Shown here in pieces: positions 1-7,057 of a stretch of 34,360 bases of DNA (position 1 is the first letter of the stretch; each line of letters opens with the position of its first letter). The position numbers were made by a program, and so were the translations under genes. The DNA is from Clostridia bacterium (lineage in GTDB: Bacteria; Bacillota; Clostridia; RGIG6154): assembly GCA_045536355.1 (NCBI GenBank), contig JAZSNJ010000049.1:1-34360 (forward strand), read 5' to 3'. The notes beneath the pieces are model-generated. The model was not told the DNA's origin and did not search any database. It saw only the letters and a list, made by a program, of their open reading frames with translations.

Positions 1-1061
1 TGAAATTTTTTAAGATAAGAATATGCAATTTGCAAAGGTGTATTATTATTAATTTTAATACTGTATGAAAATACAGGTTCAAGTGAAGTAGAAACAAAAT
101 TTTTTTCAAAACCAAGGCCTTGCCCGGCAAAGGTTTTTGTAAGGCCTGTAAGTGCACAAACCATACCTTGCTTAGCCTCATTTACAGCCGAGAACTTTTC
201 TCCCTGATAAATCCTTATTGAATTAATTTTTCCTTCCTGAGCCAAACCAGTGTCGTCAATAAATGTTAAAACATCTTTAACCTTTAAAGTTCCACCTGTA
301 ATTTTAATATGAGTTAATCTGTTTTTACTTTCATCTTCGGTGATTTTAAAGACTTTTGCTCCAAAACTGTCATTTGGTAAAGAATTGTTCGTGTATTTTA
401 TAAGTGTTTCCAAAAAGTTTAAAACCCCGTCCAGTTTTAAAGCAGAACCGAAAAAACATGGAAAAACTTTTCGGGTTTGTATTGAAAGGTTAATATCAGA
501 AGGATTTATGTTTCCTGTTTTAAGAAAACTGTTAAGTAAAGTTTCATCACAAAGGGCAAGATTTTCAAAAAATGAGGGACTGTTTAAATCTTTAGAAAAA
601 TCGCATACATTTTCGTCAAGTTGCGTTTTTAGGTTTTCTAAAAGCGCATCTTTTGTGTAAAGGGAAATATCCATTTTGTTTACAAAAATAAATGTGGGAA
701 TGTTATGGTTTTTCAAAAGTTGCCATAAAGTTTTTGTGTGGCTTTGAACACCGTCCGTTCCACTTATAACCAGTATTGCATAATCTAAAATCCCTAAGGT
801 ACGCTCAGTTTCTGCAGAGAAATCAATGTGTCCCGGAGTATCAATAAGTGTAATTGTTGCACCGTCTTTTTCAATTACCGCTTGTTTCGAAAAGATAGTG
901 ATGCCTCTGTTCCGTTCGATAGTATCTGTATCTAAAAATGCAGTTTTGTTATCTACTCTGCCATGTTTTCTTATTGTGCCTGATGTGTATAATAAACCTT
1001 CGGATAAAGTTGTTTTTCCCGAGTCAACATGTGCGAGTATTCCAACAGCAATTCTCTTCAT
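1..1061 (-). CDS. Translation-factor GTPase of the TetM/TetO (ribosomal protection) / EF-G-like family; N-terminal ~353 codons, C-terminus lies beyond the window start
   Basis: Absent from the ORF track because it runs off the edge. Manual reverse translation from the ATG (complement of 1059-1061) gives MKRIAVGILAHVDSGKTTLSEGLLYTSG...LIDTPGH...FVNKMD, i.e. G1, G3 and G4 motifs. This is followed by FPCFFGSALKLDGV and a domain-II-like GAKVFKITEDESKNRLTHIKITGGTLKVKD, a layout like Tet(M). The frame stays open to base 1. GAAAGG lies about 10 nt upstream of the ATG. Confidence 0.8.
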   Translation of the reverse strand, partial: MKRIAVGILAHVDSGKTTLSEGLLYTSGTIRKHGRVDNKTAFLDTDTIERNRGITIFSKQAVIEKDGATITLIDTPGHIDFSAETERTLGILDYAILVISGTDGVQSHTKTLWQLLKNHNIPTFIFVNKMDISLYTKDALLENLKTQLDENVCDFSKDLNSPSFFENLALCDETLLNSFLKTGNINPSDINLSIQTRKVFPCFFGSALKLDGVLNFLETLIKYTNNSLPNDSFGAKVFKITEDESKNRLTHIKITGGTLKVKDVLTFIDDTGLAQEGKINSIRIYQGEKFSAVNEAKQGMVCALTGLTKTFAGQGLGFEKNFVSTSLEPVFSYSIKINNNTPLQIAYSYLKKF

Positions 1062-1095
1062 AACTAATATAACCTTTCAAAAAATATCACTATAA

Positions 1096-1124
1096 ATTAT
1101 ATTCTAAATAGTAAAAGGTGTCAA
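1096..1124 (-). promoter_or_regulatory. Sigma-A-type promoter for the GTPase gene
   Basis: On the minus strand: TTGACA (comp. 1119-1124), 17-bp spacer, TATAAT (comp. 1096-1101). Both hexamers are exact consensus, about 35 nt upstream of the ATG. Confidence 0.6.
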
Positions 1125-1137
1125 GGTTAAATGGCTA

Positions 1138-1166
1138 TTGCAAAAAAAGACTTAAAGTGTTAAAAT
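1138..1166 (+). promoter_or_regulatory. Sigma-A-type promoter for the HisRS/HisZ-like gene, divergent from the GTPase promoter
   Basis: TTGCAA (1138-1143), 17-bp spacer, TAAAAT (1161-1166), preceded by TGt (extended -10). Confidence 0.55.
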
Positions 1167-1192
1167 ATCAATGATGAAAGCGGGGGATTAAG

Positions 1193-1987
1193 ATGAAAAC
1201 AATATTTAAAACAGAATGCAGAATAAGAAGAAAATTAAATCAGAATATTATTACTGTTCTGGATACACATTCATACGAAGAAATTGAATTGTTTGGTGTT
1301 AACGATGATTATATAACTGAAACTGTAAAAGCCATGGACAAGCTTTTTTATGATGATTTAAAACCATTGAGATTTTTCAGCTTTAATAATGATAATCTTT
1401 ATGTTTTAATTCAGGGAGAAGACACAGTACTTTCAAAATCTGAACTGTTGGTGGTTTTGATTAATTCGCTTTTGTCCTGCAATATAAATGAGTTTAAAAT
1501 TTCGTTATCAGGGAAAGATACTGTTGAGGTAGCAAAACTTTTACAGGAGTATGACCTTTTTGACTATATATGCCCGTCTGATAACACATTAGATGAATTC
1601 AAGTTTGAAGTTATAAATGTAACAGATGGTAAAATACTTGCTGTGGGTTATGATGAGCAAAACACAGTATATTTTAAACTTGACTGCGAAAACCTTGTGG
1701 AAGCACTTTATAATAAAGAAGATATCAAAGATACACTTTTACCTGTTGCTGTGGTGGGTTCACAAAGTCCTGCTTACAGACATAAGGTTGCATTTGGTCT
1801 GCGTACACAGGGACTTAAAATTGAAGAATATATCGGAAACGGAACAATGACGGATATGTTAGAATATACCGAATTAAAAGGTATTGCGGTATCAATATGG
1901 GCAGATGGTGAAAATATATTAATGAAAAACATGAAAACAGGAGAGCGCTCCGAAACTACCATTTCAAGGCTTTTGGGTGAAAAATAA
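1193..1987 (+). CDS. Degenerate class-II aminoacyl-tRNA-synthetase-like protein (HisRS/HisZ-like) with a C-terminal anticodon-binding-like domain; function unknown
   Basis: 264-aa ORF with RBS GGGGGA upstream. N-terminal ECRIRRKLNQNIITVLDTHSYEEIEL resembles the HisRS/HisZ motif-1 region. ILAVGYDE sits where the motif-3 GGGRYD would be. The C-terminal ~80 aa (PVAVVGSQ..AFGLRTQGLKIEEY..GIAVSIWADGENILMKNMKTGERSETTISRL) matches the pattern of HisRS anticodon-binding domains. Assignment is by eye only. Confidence 0.5.
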   Translation: MKTIFKTECRIRRKLNQNIITVLDTHSYEEIELFGVNDDYITETVKAMDKLFYDDLKPLRFFSFNNDNLYVLIQGEDTVLSKSELLVVLINSLLSCNINEFKISLSGKDTVEVAKLLQEYDLFDYICPSDNTLDEFKFEVINVTDGKILAVGYDEQNTVYFKLDCENLVEALYNKEDIKDTLLPVAVVGSQSPAYRHKVAFGLRTQGLKIEEYIGNGTMTDMLEYTELKGIAVSIWADGENILMKNMKTGERSETTISRLLGEK

Positions 1988-2052
1988 CATCAGTTTTGTT
2001 TGCTGATTACATACATATGTATTTAATTTACAGACAAATTCTAAAAAAAATG

Positions 2053-2081
2053 TTGTTTTTTGGAAAAAAATATAGTATAAT
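2053..2081 (+). promoter_or_regulatory. Putative promoter of the amino-acid ABC importer operon
   Basis: TTGTTT (2053-2058), 17-bp spacer, TATAAT (2076-2081), 43 nt upstream of the ATG at 2124. The -35 is weak. Confidence 0.4.
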
Positions 2082-2123
2082 AAGTTTTGTAGTAAAGTGT
2101 TCGATAGAACAGGAGGAATATTT

Positions 2124-3308
2124 ATGAAAAAATTATTGGCAGTTGTAGTGGTTCTTTCACTTCTTTGCGTATGTTTTGCAGGTTGTGGTGAAGCACCAAA
2201 CACAACAAACGGAAAAGTAATTAAAATCGGTATTTTTGAACCTGCATCAGGTGATAACGGTGCCGGTGGTAAACAGGAAACTTTAGGTATTCGTTATGCT
2301 AACAAAGTTTGCCCGACAGTTACAATTGGCGGCGAAGAATATGCTATTGAACTTGTTGAAGTTGACAATCAGTCATCAACAGATAAAGCTGTTTCAGCTG
2401 CTGAAACACTTGTAAGCAAAGGTGTATCTGCAGTTTTAGGAACATATGGTTCAGGTTGTGCTATTGCTGCAGCTCCAACATTTGAAGCTGCTAAAATTCC
2501 TGCAATGGGATGTTCATGTACAAATCCTGCAGTTACAGCAGGTAATCCTTATTATTTTAGAGTTTGCTTCCTTGATCCATTCCAGGGCAGCGTAATGGCA
2601 AACTTTGCTAAAGATGAATTCGGCGCTGACAAAGCATATCTTTTAACAATGCTTGGTGAAGACTATGGTAATGGTCTTGCTAACTACTTCAAAGAAGCAT
2701 TTGTTGCAAATGGCGGTGAAGTTGTAGCTGAAACATTCCCTGAAGGAACCTCAGATTTCTCAGCTTATATTCAGAACGCTATTAAGTCAGGTGCAGATGT
2801 TATCTTTGCTCCATCAGCAACAACATATGCATCACTTATTATAACCCAGTCAAAAGCAGCAGGTTTGGAAATTCCTCTTCTTGCAGGCGACACTTGGGAA
2901 AGCTCAGTTATACTTGATGCTCAAAAAGGTTCAAACCTTGAAGTATACTGTTCAACATTCTTTGATGAAAATGACGAATCAGGTCTTGCTAAAGACTTCG
3001 TTAAAGGCTTTAAAGAATTCTTAAATGGCGACAAGAAAAACCTCACCAACAACGGTGGTAACGATATCGTAGCAGCTGTTTCAGCTCTTGGTTATGATGG
3101 ATATATGGCTATTGTAGAAGCAATTAAACTTGCTGATTCTGCAAACGGCGAAGATATTCAGAAAGCTATTTTTGATGTAGAAATGGAAGCTGTAACAGGT
3201 TCTATTACATTTAATGCTGAAACCGGAGATGCTAATAAGACAATGGCTTATATTAAAAAAGCTAATGACGGTGCATTTAACTTCGTTAAAACACAGTCTG
3301 TTGAATAA
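2124..3308 (+). CDS. Branched-chain amino-acid ABC transporter substrate-binding lipoprotein (LivJ/LivK-type, Peripla_BP_6)
   Basis: Start moved from 2097 to the ATG at 2124, which has AGGAGGA 7 nt upstream. Signal peptide MKKLLAVVVVLSLLCVCFAGC has a lipobox (FAGC). The body is typical of Leu/Ile/Val-binding proteins and the gene is followed by livHMGF. Confidence 0.9.
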   Translation: MKKLLAVVVVLSLLCVCFAGCGEAPNTTNGKVIKIGIFEPASGDNGAGGKQETLGIRYANKVCPTVTIGGEEYAIELVEVDNQSSTDKAVSAAETLVSKGVSAVLGTYGSGCAIAAAPTFEAAKIPAMGCSCTNPAVTAGNPYYFRVCFLDPFQGSVMANFAKDEFGADKAYLLTMLGEDYGNGLANYFKEAFVANGGEVVAETFPEGTSDFSAYIQNAIKSGADVIFAPSATTYASLIITQSKAAGLEIPLLAGDTWESSVILDAQKGSNLEVYCSTFFDENDESGLAKDFVKGFKEFLNGDKKNLTNNGGNDIVAAVSALGYDGYMAIVEAIKLADSANGEDIQKAIFDVEMEAVTGSITFNAETGDANKTMAYIKKANDGAFNFVKTQSVE

Positions 3309-3333
3309 TTTTTGACTTAGTAAGTCTATTTAT

Positions 3334-3371
3334 AGCACAGCGGACATATAATAAATCCGCTGTGCTTTTTT
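3334..3371 (+). terminator. Rho-independent terminator/attenuator between the binding-protein gene and the permease genes
   Basis: Perfect 11-bp stem AGCACAGCGGA (3334-3344) / TCCGCTGTGCT (3356-3366), 11-nt loop, then a T6 run. Confidence 0.8.
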
Positions 3372-3417
3372 AATAATTTGCATTTAGCAAATTTTAAGAA
3401 AGGTGGCAATTTGAATT

Positions 3418-4293
3418 ATGCAAAATATGTTACCATACCTTCTTGCAGGAATTTCGGTTGGTGGTCAATATGCTTTAATTGCTATAGGGTATACTATGGT
3501 TTATGGTATATTGCGCCTTATAAATTTTGCTCATGGTGATATTTTTACGGTTGCAGGGTTTTTGTTCGTATATATGGCTGCATCATTACCGCTTTATATT
3601 TCACTTCCATTAGTTGTTCTTTTAACAGTGATGTTGGGTGTGATTGTAGAAAGAACAGCATATAAACCACTTCGTACTGCACCAAGAATGTCAATTATGA
3701 TTTCTGCTATAGGTGTGTCATATCTTTTACAGAATTTATTATGGTATATAACCGGAGGTTTGGCTAAAATTTATCCTACTATCCCGTGGATTAGTGATAG
3801 TATCAAAGTTATGGGCTTTAACACCTCAAGAGTTACAGTAATTACTCCTGTTTTAACTATAGTTTTGGTAGTAGCTTTGGTTGTACTCATTAAGAAAACA
3901 AAAATCGGTATGGCTATGCGTGCAGCTTCAAAGGATTTTGAAACAGCACAGCTTATGGGTATAAAAATTGACAGCGTTATAAGAATGACATTTATTATAG
4001 GTTCTGCACTCGCTGCAGTAGGTTCTATGCTCTATTTTTCAAATTATCAGACAGTAACACCAACAGTTGGTGCTATGCCTGGCTTAAAAGCTTTTGTAGC
4101 TGCTGTTTTTGGCGGTATTGGTTCAATACCCGGTGCAGTTATAGGTGCATTTGTCATTGGTATATGTGAAAGCTTTATAAAAGGTGCAGGATATACAACA
4201 TTTAGCGATGCATTTACATTTGCGCTTTTAATAATAATTTTGGTGGTTAAGCCAACAGGACTCTTTGGCGAAAATCTTACGGAGAAGGTGTAA
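3418..4293 (+). CDS. livH: Branched-chain amino-acid ABC transporter permease LivH
   Basis: 291-aa polytopic membrane protein with LivH-like sequence (GQYALIAIGYTMVYGILRLINFAHGD...), in operon context. Confidence 0.92.
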   Translation: MQNMLPYLLAGISVGGQYALIAIGYTMVYGILRLINFAHGDIFTVAGFLFVYMAASLPLYISLPLVVLLTVMLGVIVERTAYKPLRTAPRMSIMISAIGVSYLLQNLLWYITGGLAKIYPTIPWISDSIKVMGFNTSRVTVITPVLTIVLVVALVVLIKKTKIGMAMRAASKDFETAQLMGIKIDSVIRMTFIIGSALAAVGSMLYFSNYQTVTPTVGAMPGLKAFVAAVFGGIGSIPGAVIGAFVIGICESFIKGAGYTTFSDAFTFALLIIILVVKPTGLFGENLTEKV

Positions 4294-4296
4294 TCA

Positions 4297-5427
4297 ATGA
4301 AAAAAAGTAATAAAAAAAGCACATTGATAAGCACCGTTCTCATCATTGTGTTGTTAGCACTAATTGTTATACTTGATAATGTTAAAGGTGTACCTGCACT
4401 TTTGCTTACAGTTTTAAGAAAAGGTGCAGTATATTCTTTAGTTGCAGTATCAATGAATTTGCTTAACGGTTTTACAGGTCTGTTTTCTTTGGGACAGGCA
4501 GGATTTATGCTTCTTGGAGCATATACTTATGCAATTTTAACCATTCCTGTTGATAAGCACGAGGCTGTTTATCAGTACTTCGACGGCGGCTGTGTAAACT
4601 TTTGTATAAACTTTATTCCTGCACTTATTTTGGCGGGAATTGTGGCAGCAATTTTTGCATATCTTATTGGGCTTCCAGTTTTAAGACTTAAAAGTGACTA
4701 TCTTGCGATTGCAACTTTAGGTTTTGCTGAAATTATAAGGTCTTTAATTCAGTTTGAAAAATTAGGTCCTGTTACAAATGCATCAAACCTTTTGTATGAA
4801 TTTCCAAGCTTTAAAGATTTTACACTTACGGTATTTGGTAAAACATTAAGCCTTACAACATTTATGCCATTTTTAATAGCTGGAATATGTATTGCTATTA
4901 TATGCCTTTTAATTAATTCAACATACGGAAGAGCTTTTAAGGCAATTCGTGATGATGAAATTGCAGCAGAGGCAATGGGCATTAACCTTGCAAAACATAA
5001 AATGCTTTCATTTGTTACAAGTGCATTTTTTGCAGGAATTTCTGGTGCTATGCTTGCAATGTATCAGGCAAGTGTTCAGGCAACTGTATTTAAAGCAGCA
5101 ATGACATACGAAATACTCTTAATTGTTGTAATTGGTGGTATTGGTTCAATTACAGGTTCATGTCTTGGCTCGTTTTTATTTATTGCATGTAGTGAATGGT
5201 GGCTCAGATTTTTAGATAATGAGCTTTATATAGGTTCATTCCAGGTTCCACTTTTAAGAAGTGGTTTCAGAATGGTTGTATTCTCAGTAGTTATTATGTT
5301 AATTGTTTTGTTTAAACGAGAAGGCATAATGGGAGACAGAGAATTTTCGATTGAGGGAATAAAACGACTGTTTTCAAAATTTAAAAAGAAATCTTCTTCC
5401 GTAAAGGAGGGTGATACAAATGAATAA
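4297..5427 (+). CDS. livM: Branched-chain amino-acid ABC transporter permease LivM
   Basis: 376-aa membrane protein with LNGFTGLFSLGQAGFMLLGAY and RAFKAIRDDEIAAEAMGIN motifs typical of LivM. Starts 3 nt after livH. Confidence 0.92.
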   Translation: MKKSNKKSTLISTVLIIVLLALIVILDNVKGVPALLLTVLRKGAVYSLVAVSMNLLNGFTGLFSLGQAGFMLLGAYTYAILTIPVDKHEAVYQYFDGGCVNFCINFIPALILAGIVAAIFAYLIGLPVLRLKSDYLAIATLGFAEIIRSLIQFEKLGPVTNASNLLYEFPSFKDFTLTVFGKTLSLTTFMPFLIAGICIAIICLLINSTYGRAFKAIRDDEIAAEAMGINLAKHKMLSFVTSAFFAGISGAMLAMYQASVQATVFKAAMTYEILLIVVIGGIGSITGSCLGSFLFIACSEWWLRFLDNELYIGSFQVPLLRSGFRMVVFSVVIMLIVLFKREGIMGDREFSIEGIKRLFSKFKKKSSSVKEGDTNE

Positions 5428-6262
5428 CCCTTTATTAAAACTTGAAAATGTTACCATGCAGTTTGGCGGTGTTGTAGCAGTAGATAATTTCACTATGGAA
5501 GTTAATGAAGGTGAAATTGTATCTTTGATTGGCCCTAATGGTGCAGGTAAAACAACTGCGTTTAATGTTATAACAGGTGTTTATGCACCTACTACCGGTA
5601 AGGTTGGATTCGAGGGTAAAACCATTGTGGAAAACCATCCGCACGGCAAGATGAAAAAAATATATGCAGGTGAAAATAACGGGAAATACAAAAACTCTGT
5701 TACACCGACACCTGATAAAATAACAAAGCTTGGAATGGCGAGAACTTTCCAGAACATAAGACTCTGGAAGAATATGACTGTTTTTGAAAATGTACTCACT
5801 GCAAAGCATTTAAGAAGAAAGAGTAACTTTTTCACAGCTATGTTTCATTTAAATCGTGCCGAAGAGCTAAAGATGAGAAATGAAGTGGATGAACTTTTAA
5901 AATTAGTTGGTCTTTATAATGAGAGAAACGAAAAAGCCACATCGCTTCCATACGGCAAACAAAGAAGATTAGAAATTGCAAGAGCTCTTGCAACAAATCC
6001 TAAAATGCTTCTTTTAGACGAACCTGCTGCAGGTATGAACCCGCAGGAAACAAAAGAACTTACCGATTTTATTGGTGAGATTAAAGAAAAATTTGGTATT
6101 ACAGTCCTTTTAATTGAACATCATATGAATCTTGTTATGGATATTTCAGACAGAATTTATGTTCTTGATTTTGGTAAATTAATTGCAAGTGGCACTCCTG
6201 ACGAGATACAAAACAACAGCCGTGTTATTGAGGCTTATCTGGGGGTGAGTGAGGATGCTTAA
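5420..6262 (+). CDS. livG: Branched-chain amino-acid ABC transporter ATP-binding protein LivG
   Basis: Walker A GPNGAGKTT, Q-loop RTFQN, signature-region YGKQRRLEIA, Walker B LLLDEPAAGMN. Start moved from the GTG at 5411, which abuts the SD, to the ATG at 5420, 9 nt after AAGGAGG. Overlaps the livM stop. Confidence 0.92.
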   Translation: MNNPLLKLENVTMQFGGVVAVDNFTMEVNEGEIVSLIGPNGAGKTTAFNVITGVYAPTTGKVGFEGKTIVENHPHGKMKKIYAGENNGKYKNSVTPTPDKITKLGMARTFQNIRLWKNMTVFENVLTAKHLRRKSNFFTAMFHLNRAEELKMRNEVDELLKLVGLYNERNEKATSLPYGKQRRLEIARALATNPKMLLLDEPAAGMNPQETKELTDFIGEIKEKFGITVLLIEHHMNLVMDISDRIYVLDFGKLIASGTPDEIQNNSRVIEAYLGVSEDA

Positions 6263-6959
6263 AATTGAAAATCTTCAGGTTTCCTATGGTGGCATTAAAG
6301 CTTTAAACGGAATTAATCTTGAAGTCCCTGACGGTAAGATTGTAACATTAATTGGTGCCAATGGTGCAGGTAAATCAACAACACTTCGAACTATTTCGGG
6401 GCTTGTTAAATCAGAAACAGGCTCTGTTAAATACGATGATACAGAAATTCTGGGACTTCCTATTAACAAAACTTTAGGCCTTGGTATTGCACTTGTTCCT
6501 GAGGGAAGAAGAGTATTTGCCGACTTAACTGTTCTCGAAAACTTGAAAATCGGTGCTTATTTAAGAAAAGACAAGCCAGAGATTGAAAAAGATATCGAAT
6601 GGATATACAGCCTTTTCCCAAGACTTAAGGAAAGACACTGGCAGTTAGCAGGAACACTATCAGGCGGCGAACAGCAGATGCTTGCTGTTGCAAGAGCTTT
6701 AATGAGCAGACCAAAACTCATAATGATGGACGAACCGTCTTTAGGTCTTGCACCTATTGTCGTTCAGGGTATCTTTGATATCATAAAAGAAATTAACAAG
6801 CAAGGAGTTACAGTGCTTTTAATTGAGCAAAATGCTAATATGGCGTTAAAAGTTGCCGATTATGCGTATGTTTTAGAGACAGGTAATGTAACACTTGAAG
6901 GCACAGGACAAGAACTTTTAAATAACGAACAAGTCAAAAAAGCCTACTTAGGTAAATAA
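6255..6959 (+). CDS. livF: Branched-chain amino-acid ABC transporter ATP-binding protein LivF
   Basis: Walker A GANGAGKST, signature LSGGEQQML, Walker B IMMDEPSLGLAP. The ATG at 6255 is preferred over the GTG at 6249. Overlaps the livG stop. Confidence 0.92.
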   Translation: MLKIENLQVSYGGIKALNGINLEVPDGKIVTLIGANGAGKSTTLRTISGLVKSETGSVKYDDTEILGLPINKTLGLGIALVPEGRRVFADLTVLENLKIGAYLRKDKPEIEKDIEWIYSLFPRLKERHWQLAGTLSGGEQQMLAVARALMSRPKLIMMDEPSLGLAPIVVQGIFDIIKEINKQGVTVLLIEQNANMALKVADYAYVLETGNVTLEGTGQELLNNEQVKKAYLGK

Positions 6960-6963
6960 TGAG

Positions 6964-6992
6964 AAAGCCACGCAATATAGCGTGGCTTTTGT
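6964..6992 (+). terminator. Rho-independent terminator of the liv operon
   Basis: Stem AAAGCCACGC (6964-6973) / GCGTGGCTTT (6980-6989), 6-nt loop, T-rich tail. Confidence 0.8.
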
Positions 6993-6993
6993 A

Positions 6994-7022
6994 TTGACAA
7001 AGTTATTATAAAAAGATATAAT
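6994..7022 (+). promoter_or_regulatory. Consensus sigma-A promoter of the sensor kinase gene
   Basis: TTGACA (6994-6999), 17-bp spacer, TATAAT (7017-7022). A second TATAAT lies at 7030-7035. Confidence 0.65.
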
Positions 7023-7057
7023 TACTTTGTATAATTATGTAGAAAAGGGGGAGGGCA

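Noticed and set aside
340-1095. Plus-strand ORFs 340-660 (106 aa) and 826-1095 (89 aa) from the ORF track
   Set aside because: They lie antisense within a clearly conserved GTPase gene (G1/G3/G4 motifs on the minus strand). Their translations are low-complexity (F/S/K/L-rich) and lack an RBS, so they are shadow ORFs of an AT-rich coding region.
2011-2022. 12-bp perfect palindrome ATACATATGTAT after the HisRS-like gene
   Set aside because: It is pure A/T-rich, has no T-run and no second copy in the window. It is too short to distinguish from chance in this composition.
2055-2071. TTTTTTGGAAAAAA between the -35 and -10 of the liv promoter as a possible CodY box (AATTTTCWGAAAATT)
   Set aside because: My best manual alignment has about six mismatches to the 15-bp consensus, and the sequence is not a true palindrome (the central GG reads CC on the other strand). 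This is not supportable without a scoring matrix.
1964-2203. Minus-strand 79-aa ORF spanning the intergenic region and the start of the binding-protein gene
   Set aside because: It overlaps a promoter region and the lipoprotein signal-peptide coding region on the opposite strand. It has no RBS and a junk-like sequence.
4047-6469. Antisense ORFs inside livH/livM/livG/livF (4047-4346, 4749-4982, 5435-5809, 5581-5835, 6284-6469)
   Set aside because: All are embedded opposite well-conserved ABC transporter genes. They have no RBS or recognisable motifs and are typical antisense frames lacking stop codons.
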